Numbered from the stretch's first letter, positions 11,447 to 20,000 are shown. The stretch: DNA of 64,000 nt from Gammaproteobacteria bacterium (GCA_021324095.1 JAJPJT010000013.1:14282-78281), one strand, 5' to 3'. The notes: a model not told the origin generated them from the letters alone. Translations and numbers: made by a program.

Positions 11447-12565
11447 ATGTTTAAGAAGCTGCTTGCGCTTTCCGCGGGCCTGCTGATCACGCTCGGCGCC
11501 TACGCGGCCGGTGCCCAATTGCGTGCGGACCATCCGCACACTTACGTCGTGAAGAAGGGCGATACGCTCTGGGGCATCGCCGCCCGCTTCCTCCAGAAAC
11601 CTTGGCTGTGGCCCGAGATCTGGGACGTCAACCAGCAGGTCTACAACCCGCACCGCATCTATCCGGGCGACGTGCTCGACCTCGACGTAAACGGGCTGCA
11701 TATCGCCAGGCGCGCCACCGTCGAGGCCAATCCCATCCCGACCGTGCCGCTGTCCGCGATCGAACCGTTCCTCAAGGATCTCCGGATCGTCACAGCCGCG
11801 CAACTGCAACAGACGCCTTACGTGGTGGCGGTCGAGGAGAACGAACCGCGTGCCACCGAAGGCATGAACCTGTATGTGCGCGATTTGCCCGCGGCGGCCG
11901 TGGGGCAGCGTTTCGCAGTCGTGCGCCCCACACACGTCTATCGCGAATTCAACGACAACGGCAGCATGGATGACGTTGCCCACCTCGTCAGCGACAACGT
12001 GGATCTTGCGCCCGGCCCGTGGCAGGAAGATTTTCGCAACGACGGCCACTGGGGCCGCGGCCGCGAAATCGGCACCGAGGTACGCGTGATCGGCACGGCC
12101 CAGGTGCTGAAGAATGGCGACCCGGCGACCTTGCTGCTCACCAACGCCAGCATGGAAATCCGCGCCGGCGACCGCCTGATGCCAGTCGACGACACGCCCT
12201 ATGATTTTACCTACTACCCGCATGCCCCGAAGCAGGCACCGGCCGGCGCCTACATCATGGCGCTGTCCAACGGCTATGACGGCATTTCGGTGCAGGGGCC
12301 GATGGATGTGGTGGCGATGAACATCGGCAGCGCGGACGGCGTGGACAATGGCACTACTTTCGCAATTTACCAGCCCGGCGATACCGTCACCGATCTGGTC
12401 AAGGGCAACACCACGCGCCGTGAGTTCGGGCCGAAGGTCACACTGCCGAGCGAGTTCGTGGGGCACGTGATGGTGTTCCGCACCTTCGAGCACGTCAGCT
12501 ACGGTCTCGTGATGGACGGCATCCGTCCGGTGCGGGTTCGCGACACTATTCAAGCGCCGCAATAG
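11447..12565 (+). CDS. LysM domain-containing exported protein
   Basis: The start is taken at MFKKLLALSAGLLITLGAYAAGA (signal peptide). The LysM motif YVVKKGDTLWGIAARFL is present. It sits in the usual position upstream of dprA. Confidence 0.8.
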   Translation: MFKKLLALSAGLLITLGAYAAGAQLRADHPHTYVVKKGDTLWGIAARFLQKPWLWPEIWDVNQQVYNPHRIYPGDVLDLDVNGLHIARRATVEANPIPTVPLSAIEPFLKDLRIVTAAQLQQTPYVVAVEENEPRATEGMNLYVRDLPAAAVGQRFAVVRPTHVYREFNDNGSMDDVAHLVSDNVDLAPGPWQEDFRNDGHWGRGREIGTEVRVIGTAQVLKNGDPATLLLTNASMEIRAGDRLMPVDDTPYDFTYYPHAPKQAPAGAYIMALSNGYDGISVQGPMDVVAMNIGSADGVDNGTTFAIYQPGDTVTDLVKGNTTRREFGPKVTLPSEFVGHVMVFRTFEHVSYGLVMDGIRPVRVRDTIQAPQ

Positions 12566-12591
12566 GCGCGAAGTCGGGTTTTTCTTACACG

Positions 12592-12622
12592 ACGGCGCGG
12601 TTGATCCGCGCCGTTTCGTTTC
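12592..12622 (+). terminator. candidate rho-independent terminator after the LysM gene
   Basis: Perfect 9-bp stem ACGGCGCGG/CCGCGCCGT with loop TTGAT, followed by TTCGTTTC. Confidence 0.5.
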
Positions 12623-12646
12623 AGGTGTGCCCGTACACTTGCTGGA

Positions 12647-13795
12647 ATGGCTGACGACGACGAACTGCTCGCCTGGTTGACCCTGATCCGTGCTCCCGGG
12701 CTGGGCGGCGTCGGCATGCGCGCATTGCTGCAGCAGACCGGCTCGGCGCGAGCGGCGTGCGGCCACATCCGCCGGTTTCGCCAATCCGCCGGCCTGGACC
12801 AGGCGGCGCTGGATTGGATCGAAAGTCCCGATTCGGCGCGTCTGGAAGCCGATCTTGCCTGGTTGGCGCAGCCGAACTGCCGGTTGCTTCGGTTTGACGA
12901 AGCGGATTTCCCACCGCAACTGGACACGATTCCACAACCGCCCGCGGCTCTCTTCGTCGCAGGTGACTCCGCGGCGCTACTTGGGCCGCAGGTGGCCATC
13001 GTCGGCGCTCGCAGCGCCAGCGCGCAAGGCTTGGCGACCGCGCGCGACTTTGGCCGGGCCCTGAGCCGGTCGGGCCTCACCATCACCAGCGGCATGGCCG
13101 AAGGCATCGATGCCGCCGCACATGCGGCTGCGCTCGAAGCGGGCGGAAAAACGATCGCCGTGGTGGGCACCGGGCCCGATCAGGTTTATCCGCGCAGACA
13201 CGCCGAACTCGCGTGCAAAATCGTCGAACATGGCGCGATCGTCAGTGAATTCCCACCCGGCACGGAAGCGCGGCCGGGGCATTTCCCGCGCCGCAACCGG
13301 CTGATTGCAGGGCTCGCCTTGGGAACCCTCGTGGTGGAGGCGGGCCTTCAGTCGGGATCGCTGATCACCGCGCGTCTGGCGGCGGAAGCGGGCCGCGAGG
13401 TCTTTGCGCTGCCGGGCTCCATCCACAACCCTCTGGCCAAGGGTTGCCACCGGCTGATCCGCGAGGGCGCCCGGCTGGTCGAAACGGCCGCCGAGGTGAT
13501 CGAGGCGCTGGTTCCGGCCGCGCAGGCCCAAGGCGCCGACCTGAGGGCGCGGCTGGAGGCGGCGGACCCGTCGAACGGGGCGGCCCCGCGCGCCCCAGCC
13601 AGGATGCAAGATCCTGATTACGCGTCACTTCTCGCCGCGCTGGGCGATTCGCCGGCCTCCCTTGACGAACTCGCAGAGCGCACCGATCTTGCCCCGGCGG
13701 CACTGTCTTCGATGCTGTTGCTGCTGGAACTGGAAGGCACCGTGGCGCCGGCCGTGAACGGACGCTGGCAACGGCTCGTCATCCCGGATGCTTGA
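12647..13795 (+). CDS. dprA: DNA-processing protein DprA (Smf)
   Basis: 382 aa. GARSASAQG...ITSGMAEGIDAAAH...VVGTGPDQVYPRRH...FPRRNRLIAGL are DprA Rossmann-like core motifs. Confidence 0.9.
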   Translation: MADDDELLAWLTLIRAPGLGGVGMRALLQQTGSARAACGHIRRFRQSAGLDQAALDWIESPDSARLEADLAWLAQPNCRLLRFDEADFPPQLDTIPQPPAALFVAGDSAALLGPQVAIVGARSASAQGLATARDFGRALSRSGLTITSGMAEGIDAAAHAAALEAGGKTIAVVGTGPDQVYPRRHAELACKIVEHGAIVSEFPPGTEARPGHFPRRNRLIAGLALGTLVVEAGLQSGSLITARLAAEAGREVFALPGSIHNPLAKGCHRLIREGARLVETAAEVIEALVPAAQAQGADLRARLEAADPSNGAAPRAPARMQDPDYASLLAALGDSPASLDELAERTDLAPAALSSMLLLLELEGTVAPAVNGRWQRLVIPDA

Positions 13796-13879
13796 CACCG
13801 CTACCCTGCGCATGCGTCCACTATATATAGACGACCATGTAATCGGCGCTTTCCACTTCATTCCCAGTAGAGCAACGTA

Positions 13880-13950
13880 TCCCCACAACCCCCGCCGAAC
13901 CGCTGCGCGATTCGGCTGCCCCCTTGACTCAAGGGGACAAAAAACGATCG
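13880..13950. repeat. P-family palindromic element, copy 1 (upstream of topA)
   Basis: ...ccccacaacccccgccgaaccgctgcgcgattcggctgcccccttgactcaaggggacaaaaaac. The core 17-bp palindrome is CCCCTTGACTCAAGGGG. The reverse complement of 17057-17130 aligns along the whole length. Confidence 0.65.
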
Positions 13951-13964
13951 GCTCCCACTGAATC

Positions 13965-16454
13965 ATGGCCAAGAACCTCCTCATCGTCGAGTCGCCCGCG
14001 AAGGCCAAGACGATCAATAAATATCTGGGTACCGATTTCAAGGTGCTGGCCTCCTACGGCCACGTCCGCGATCTCGTGCCCAAGGAAGGCGCGGTCGATC
14101 CCGACCACGACTTCCGGATGGATTACGCCCTGATCGACAAGAACGTCAAACACGTCGATGACATCGCCAAGGCCGCGAAAGCCGCCGATTCGATTTATCT
14201 GGCGACCGACCTGGACCGCGAGGGTGAGGCGATCAGTTGGCACATCAGCGAAATCCTGAAGCAGCGTGGTCTGCTGGACGGCAAGAAAACGCACCGCGTG
14301 GTGTTCAGCGAAATCACGCCGCGCGCGATCAAGGAAGCCGTGGCGCACCCGCGCCGGCTGTCGCACGACCTGGTCGACGCCCAGCAGGCGCGGCGCGCGC
14401 TGGATTACCTGGTCGGCTTCAATCTGTCGCCCGTGTTGTGGCGAAAAGTCCAGCGCGGGCTTTCGGCCGGACGCGTGCAGTCGCCGGCGCTCAGGATGAT
14501 CGTCGAGCGCGAGGAGGAGATCGAAGCCTTCGTGCCGCGCGAATACTGGACGGTCGAGGCCAAGCTCGCGCACAAGGACGGCGAGTTCACCGCACGACTG
14601 ATCAAGCTGAACGGCAAGAAGTTCGAACAGTTCGACCTCACCAACGCGACCGCGGCGCACGCAGCGCGCGACGCGCTGCTGAAGACCGCTGGCGGGAAAC
14701 TCGTCGTCGGCGATATCCAGTCGAAGCAACGCCAGCGTCGTCCGGCGGCGCCCTTCACCACGTCCACGCTGCAGCAGGAAGCCGCACGCAAACTCGGCAT
14801 GGCCACCAGCCGCACCATGCGCATCGCGCAAGGCCTGTACGAGGGCGTGTCGCTGGGCGGCGAGGGCAACGTCGGCCTCATCACCTACATGCGTACCGAT
14901 TCGACGCACCTTTCCGGCGAGGCGATCGGCGAATTGCGCCAAGCCATCGAGCGGGAGTTCGGCAGGCAAGGCCTGCCCGAGCACGCGATGGTCTACAAGA
15001 CCAAGTCCAAGAACGCGCAAGAGGCGCACGAGGCGATCCGGCCGACCTCCGCATTGCGCACGCCGAAGTCGGTGGCGGCGTTCCTCACGCCGGACCAGTT
15101 GAAGCTGTACGAATTGATCTGGAAGCGCGCGGTGGCGTGCCAGATGAAGCCGGCGACGCTCAACACGGTGTCGGTCGAGTTTCCCTGCGGCCATGACGCG
15201 GCGTTCCGCGCCACCGGCACCACCGTGGTCGATCCGGGTTTCCTCGCGGTGTACGAAGAAGGTCGCGATGCCAAAACCGACGACGACGAAGCCCGCAAGC
15301 TGCCGGCGCTCGATAAAGGCGAAGCCGTGCCGCTCACCGACATTGCGACCGACCAGCACTTCACCGAACCGCCGCCGCGCTATTCGGAAGCCTCGCTGGT
15401 CAAGGCGCTGGAGGAATACGGTATCGGCCGGCCCTCGACGTACGCCAGCATCATCCAGACGCTGCTGTCGCGCGAATACGTGATCCTGGATTCGCGCCGC
15501 TTCAAGCCCACCGATGTCGGTCGCGCGGTCGCGAAGTTCCTGACCGCGCATTTCACGCAGTACGTCGATTACGATTTCACGGCAAAACTTGAGGACGAAC
15601 TCGACGCCGTCAGCCGCGGCGAAGAGGAATGGCGCCCGCTGATGGCCGGGTTCTGGAAGCCTTTCAAGGCGCTGGTGGACGACAAACTGGAAACGGTGGA
15701 CCGCAGCGAGGCGACCGGTGCCCGCCTGCTGGGCGACGATCCGAAAACCGGCCGGCCGGTTTCGGTGCGCCTCGGCCGCTACGGACCGTACGCCGCGCTG
15801 GGCGACAAGGACTCGGACGAAAAACTGAAGTTTGCCTCGCTCTTGCCCGGCCAGAGCATGCACACGATCACGCTGGAGGAGGCGCTGGAACTCTTCAAGC
15901 TGCCGCGCCATCTCGGCAAGGACGGCGACGGCGAGGAAATCTCTGCCGGCATCGGCCGCTTCGGTCCGTTCGTCAAGAAGGGCAAGCTGTACGCGTCGAT
16001 CAAGGGCGACGAGAGCGCGTACACCATCACGCTGGAGCGCGCGCGCGAGCTGATCCGCGAAAAACAGGAGCTGATCGCCAACCGTGTGATCGCCGATTTC
16101 GGCGACGGCATCCAGGTGTTGAATGGCCGCTACGGGCCGTACATCACGGACGGCGAAAAAAACGCCAAGATCCCGAAGGATCGCGATCCGAAGTCGTTGA
16201 CGCACGACGAGTGCAAGGCTCTGATCGAGGCGGCGCCGGTGCGGCGCGGGCGCGGCGCGTTCAAGAAAACCGCGGCAAAAAAAGGGGTCGAAAAAGCGCC
16301 TGCGAAAAAGGCCGCAGCAAAAAAAACGGCGGCACGGAAATCCGCTGCCAAAAAATCCCCCGCAGCTGCCGCGAAGAAAACCGCGGCGAAGAAGACGCCG
16401 CGTGCGAAGCATTCCACGCCGGCGGACGCGGAAACACCCCCGTTCGACATTTGA
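13965..16454 (+). CDS. topA: DNA topoisomerase I
   Basis: 829 aa. Toprim N-terminus LLIVESPAKAKTINKYLG and the active-site region GLITYMRTDS are present. The C-terminal repeats are cysteine-free (GRYGPY.. and GRFGPF..). The tail is Lys/Ala-rich. Confidence 0.95.
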   Translation: MAKNLLIVESPAKAKTINKYLGTDFKVLASYGHVRDLVPKEGAVDPDHDFRMDYALIDKNVKHVDDIAKAAKAADSIYLATDLDREGEAISWHISEILKQRGLLDGKKTHRVVFSEITPRAIKEAVAHPRRLSHDLVDAQQARRALDYLVGFNLSPVLWRKVQRGLSAGRVQSPALRMIVEREEEIEAFVPREYWTVEAKLAHKDGEFTARLIKLNGKKFEQFDLTNATAAHAARDALLKTAGGKLVVGDIQSKQRQRRPAAPFTTSTLQQEAARKLGMATSRTMRIAQGLYEGVSLGGEGNVGLITYMRTDSTHLSGEAIGELRQAIEREFGRQGLPEHAMVYKTKSKNAQEAHEAIRPTSALRTPKSVAAFLTPDQLKLYELIWKRAVACQMKPATLNTVSVEFPCGHDAAFRATGTTVVDPGFLAVYEEGRDAKTDDDEARKLPALDKGEAVPLTDIATDQHFTEPPPRYSEASLVKALEEYGIGRPSTYASIIQTLLSREYVILDSRRFKPTDVGRAVAKFLTAHFTQYVDYDFTAKLEDELDAVSRGEEEWRPLMAGFWKPFKALVDDKLETVDRSEATGARLLGDDPKTGRPVSVRLGRYGPYAALGDKDSDEKLKFASLLPGQSMHTITLEEALELFKLPRHLGKDGDGEEISAGIGRFGPFVKKGKLYASIKGDESAYTITLERARELIREKQELIANRVIADFGDGIQVLNGRYGPYITDGEKNAKIPKDRDPKSLTHDECKALIEAAPVRRGRGAFKKTAAKKGVEKAPAKKAAAKKTAARKSAAKKSPAAAAKKTAAKKTPRAKHSTPADAETPPFDI

Positions 16455-16460
16455 TTTGAT

Positions 16461-17024
16461 ATGCGTGTCTTTGGCATCGAAGGAATCGAAGCCGCCGCCG
16501 CACTCCTGCACGAAGGCGGCGTCCTGGCGTATCCGACCGAGGGCGTGTATGGGCTGGGCTGCGATCCCGACGATCACGCCGCGTTCGACCGCATCTTCGC
16601 GATGAAGCGGCGGCCGCCGGAGCAGGGCGTGCTGTTGATCGCCGCCGACTTCGAACAAGTCGAGCCGTGGATCGGCAATGTGCCGGAGCCCGCACTCGAA
16701 CGCGCACGGACTGCCTGGCCCGGCGCACACACCTTCATCTTTCCGCGTTCCACACGCGTGCCGGCATGGGTCGCGGGTGGACACGCCGGGATCGCGCTGC
16801 GCGTGACCGCCCACGAGCCGTCGGCGGCGCTGTGCCGCGCGTTTGGCGGTCCGATCGTCTCGACCAGCGCGAATCGCCATGGCGCAGCGCCCGCGCGCAG
16901 CGCGGCGGAAATCCGCGCGATTTTCGGCGACGAACCCGATGGTGTGCTGGATGCGCCGCTCGGAGGACTCGATCGGCCGACCCCCATCACGGATGCCGTG
17001 AGCGGCGCTATCATCCGGGTGTAG
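16461..17024 (+). CDS. tsaC: L-threonylcarbamoyladenylate synthase (YrdC/TsaC type)
   Basis: 187 aa. LAYPTEGVYGLGCDP, KRRPPEQGVLLI and STSANRHG are YrdC/Sua5 domain motifs. Confidence 0.9.
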   Translation: MRVFGIEGIEAAAALLHEGGVLAYPTEGVYGLGCDPDDHAAFDRIFAMKRRPPEQGVLLIAADFEQVEPWIGNVPEPALERARTAWPGAHTFIFPRSTRVPAWVAGGHAGIALRVTAHEPSAALCRAFGGPIVSTSANRHGAAPARSAAEIRAIFGDEPDGVLDAPLGGLDRPTPITDAVSGAIIRV

Positions 17025-17184
17025 GAAACATTGTGCCGCTGTTGCAAAGTCATTCCGGGTTGTTTGCCCCCTTGAGTCAAGGGGGCGGCCAAACCGTCAC
17101 GTGGAGACGGTTTGGCGGGGGATGTGGAGAAATGGGCATTCCGGATTCAAAGCAACGGTTGGCGTTTTGTTCAAGTGTTTCCTA
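17022..17184. repeat. 163-bp element bounded by 9-bp perfect inverted termini (TAGGAAACA / TGTTTCCTA); contains P-family copy 2 (17057-17130)
   Basis: The termini are at 17022-17030 and 17176-17184, with looser inverted similarity extending ~40 bp inward. Inside are the palindrome CCCCCTTGAGTCAAGGGGG (17067-17085) and the 11-bp-stem hairpin GCCAAACCGTC-ACGTGGA-GACGGTTTGGC (17088-17116). Confidence 0.55.
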
Positions 17185-17201
17185 GGGAACGGGGAGTTTC
17201 C

Positions 17202-18590
17202 GTGTCGACGGTCTACGAATCCCAGCAAGGTACGGCGCCTGCCGCGTCGTGGCGGGCGATACCCGTGTGCGGCGCGCCGCAACGCGTGATCGCCTGGCGC
17301 GATGGACGTGGCGTGCCCGTGAAGGCGTTCCTCGCGGATGTCGCGGCGCTTGCGGCTCGGCTGCCTGCGGCGTCGGCTGCGGTCAATCTGTGCGAAGACC
17401 GCTACGCATTCCTGGTCGCGTTCGCGGCGCTGCTCTCGCGCGGCCAGACCAACTTGTTGCCACCTTCGCGTACGCCACACGCCATCGACGAGGCGCTGGC
17501 GGCGCATCCGGACAGCTACACGCTAGGCGAGACAGCGCTCGATCCGGCGCCTCCCCATTACCTGCGTTTCGTGCCCGAAGGCATTCCCGCGGAGGCCGCG
17601 CAAGCGGCGCTGGTCGCCGATGGTGCGCTGGCCGCGATCGGTTACACCTCGGGTTCGACCGGTGTGCCCCACGCGAACCCAAAGGCCTGGGACAAGCTCG
17701 CGATTTCGAGCGGCCATAACGATGCGCTGGTGCGTGGGCTCGCGGGCGGCGACTACCACGTGGTCGCGACGGTGCCGCCGCAGCACATGTACGGACTGGA
17801 ATTCTCGATCCTGCTGCCGCTGTTCGGGCGCGCGTCGGTGTGCGCCGGTCGTCCGTTCTTCACGGGCGATGTTGCCGCCAGCCTGCGTGAATTGCCCGCG
17901 CCGCGGGTGCTGGTGACGACGCCGGTGCACTTGCGCGCGATGGTCGAGGCGGCGCAGCCGCTGCCTCGGCTGGCCGCGATCGTGTCGGCCACGGCGCCGC
18001 TGTCCGCGGAGCTGGCGGCCGCAGCCGAAAGCATGTTTGGTGCGCCGGTCCAGGAGGTGTTCGGTTCGACCGAAACCTGCGTGATCGCACACCGCCGCAC
18101 CGCTCATGCGGATGCCTGGACGCCTTACGCCGGGGTCACGCTGCATCCGCAGCCGGACGGCACCCGCGTCGAAGCGCCGCAACTGGCGCAACCGCTCGTG
18201 CTCGCAGACATCATCGAACTTCTGGACGACGGGCGTTTCCGCTTGTGTGGACGCAACACCGACCTGCTCGAGATCGCGGGCAAGCGCGCTTCGCTGGGTG
18301 ATCTCACGCACAAGTTGCTCGCGGTGCCGGGCGTGCGCGACGGCGTGGTGTTCCAGCTCGACGAAGCCGACGCGATGGGCGTGCGCCGCATCGCCGCGCT
18401 GGTGGTCGCGCCCGGCCTGTCTGCCGCGGCGATCCTCGACGTGCTGCGCCACGATGTGGATCCCGTCTTCCTGCCGCGTCCGCTCAAGCTGGTAGAGGCA
18501 TTGCCGCGCAGCGAGACCGGCAAGCTGCCGCGCGCGGGGTTGCTCGAGACGCTGAGAGAACGAAAACGGGAGGAGGGAGACGAAAGATAA
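17202..18590 (+). CDS. AMP-dependent synthetase/ligase (adenylate-forming enzyme, substrate unknown)
   Basis: The AMP-binding motif YTSGSTGVPHANPKAW, EVFGSTETC and the C-terminal SETGKLPR are present. The preferred start is GTG 17202, preceded by GGGGAG. The ORF track extends upstream to 17112, into the repeat element. Confidence 0.7.
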   Translation: MSTVYESQQGTAPAASWRAIPVCGAPQRVIAWRDGRGVPVKAFLADVAALAARLPAASAAVNLCEDRYAFLVAFAALLSRGQTNLLPPSRTPHAIDEALAAHPDSYTLGETALDPAPPHYLRFVPEGIPAEAAQAALVADGALAAIGYTSGSTGVPHANPKAWDKLAISSGHNDALVRGLAGGDYHVVATVPPQHMYGLEFSILLPLFGRASVCAGRPFFTGDVAASLRELPAPRVLVTTPVHLRAMVEAAQPLPRLAAIVSATAPLSAELAAAAESMFGAPVQEVFGSTETCVIAHRRTAHADAWTPYAGVTLHPQPDGTRVEAPQLAQPLVLADIIELLDDGRFRLCGRNTDLLEIAGKRASLGDLTHKLLAVPGVRDGVVFQLDEADAMGVRRIAALVVAPGLSAAAILDVLRHDVDPVFLPRPLKLVEALPRSETGKLPRAGLLETLRERKREEGDER

Positions 18591-18604
18591 AAAACGCCGG
18601 TTAT

Positions 18605-18687
18605 TCTTCCCCGTCCCCGTCCCCGCCCCCCGTCTCTCGTCCCCGTCTCCCGTCTCCCCTCTCCCCTCTCCCCTCTCCCCTCTCTCC
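18605..18687. repeat. A-free C/T-rich simple-sequence tract (4 x TCTCCCC, 3 x CCCCG(T)) ending at the purD ATG
   Basis: There is no A on the + strand from 18604 to 18687. I count nine runs of four or more C. There are four perfect tandem TCTCCCC heptamers at 18653-18680. Confidence 0.9.
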
Positions 18688-19971
18688 ATGAAAATCCTCG
18701 TCATCGGCTCCGGCGGACGCGAGCACGCGCTGGCGTGGAAACTCGCGCAGTCGCCACGCGTAACCGAAGTGGTCGTCGCGCCCGGCAATGCCGGTACGGC
18801 GCGAGAGCCGCGCGTGCGCAACGCTGCGGCAAGCGCCGCCGACTTCGCTGCGCTGCTGGACCTTGCGCGCGAGGAAAACGTCGCGTTCACCGTGGTCGGT
18901 CCGGAAGCGCCGCTCGTCGCGGGTGTCGTGGACAGGTTTCGTGCGGCGGGGCTGCGCATCTTCGGGCCCACCGCGGCGGCAGCGCGGCTCGAAGGCTCGA
19001 AGGCCTTCGCCAAGGATTTCCTGGCGCGCCACGGCATTCCGACCGCGCATTACGCCGTGTTCACCGAACTCGAGCCCGCACTGGCCTACGTGCGGGCGCA
19101 AGGTGCGCCCATCGTGGTCAAGGCGGATGGTCTCGCGGCCGGCAAGGGCGTCGTGGTCGCGACGACGCTGGCCGAAGCCGAGCACGCGCTCACCGACATG
19201 CTGGGCGCGCATGCGTTCGGCGCCGCGTCGGCGCGCGTGGTGATCGAGGAGTATCTCGAAGGCGAAGAGGCCAGCTATATCGTGATGGCCGACGGCGTGC
19301 ACGCGCTGGCGATGGCGTCGAGCCAGGATCACAAGCGTGTGGGCGATGGCGACACCGGCCCGAACACCGGCGGCATGGGCGCGTATTCACCCGCGCCCAC
19401 GGTGACGCCGGAGGTGGAACACCGCATCCAGAGGGAAATCATCGAGCCGACCCTGCGCGGCATGGCCGGGGAAGACGCGCCGTTCACCGGATTCCTGTAT
19501 GCCGGATTGATGGTCGACAGGACCGGCGCGCCGAAGGTGATCGAATTCAACGTGCGCTTCGGCGATCCCGAAACGCAGCCGATCATGCAACGGCTGCGGT
19601 CGGATTTCGCCGGGCTGATCGAGGCCGCGCTCGACGGCACGCTGGATCGCGTCAGCGCCGAGTGGGACCCGCGACCGTCGCTCGGCTTGGTGATGGCAGC
19701 CGAAGGGTATCCCGGCAAGCCACGAACGGGCGACGTGATATCAGGGCTGGACGATGATTTCGGCCCCGACGTGAAAATCTTCCACGCGGGTACGAAAATC
19801 GATTTGAGCGGGAATGTCGTTACCGCGGGGGGTCGCGTCCTGTGCGTGTGCGCGCTGGGCGACGATCTCCCGCGAGCCCGCGACCGGGCGTATGCCGCAG
19901 CATCCTCGATTCGTTTCGAAGGCGCGTTCTACCGGCACGACATCGGACATCGCGGGTTACCGCATCCCTGA
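18688..19971 (+). CDS. purD: phosphoribosylamine--glycine ligase
   Basis: 427 aa. MKILVIGSGGREHALAWKLAQS is the canonical PurD N-terminus, and the ATP-grasp core is present. Confidence 0.95.
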   Translation: MKILVIGSGGREHALAWKLAQSPRVTEVVVAPGNAGTAREPRVRNAAASAADFAALLDLAREENVAFTVVGPEAPLVAGVVDRFRAAGLRIFGPTAAAARLEGSKAFAKDFLARHGIPTAHYAVFTELEPALAYVRAQGAPIVVKADGLAAGKGVVVATTLAEAEHALTDMLGAHAFGAASARVVIEEYLEGEEASYIVMADGVHALAMASSQDHKRVGDGDTGPNTGGMGAYSPAPTVTPEVEHRIQREIIEPTLRGMAGEDAPFTGFLYAGLMVDRTGAPKVIEFNVRFGDPETQPIMQRLRSDFAGLIEAALDGTLDRVSAEWDPRPSLGLVMAAEGYPGKPRTGDVISGLDDDFGPDVKIFHAGTKIDLSGNVVTAGGRVLCVCALGDDLPRARDRAYAAASSIRFEGAFYRHDIGHRGLPHP

Positions 19972-20000
19972 TACGTTTCGAACTTAGCCGTGACACCTGC

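Noticed and set aside
13929-16880. 983-aa ORF on the minus strand, the longest ORF in the track
   Set aside because: It is exactly antisense to topA and tsaC, which have unambiguous homology-type motifs. The translation is Arg/Ala/Gly/His-rich low-complexity sequence, typical of stop-poor antisense frames in high-GC DNA.
18605-18687. Possible CRISPR or minisatellite array
   Set aside because: The units are 6-7 nt, directly tandem and without spacers. This is simple-sequence DNA, not a CRISPR array.
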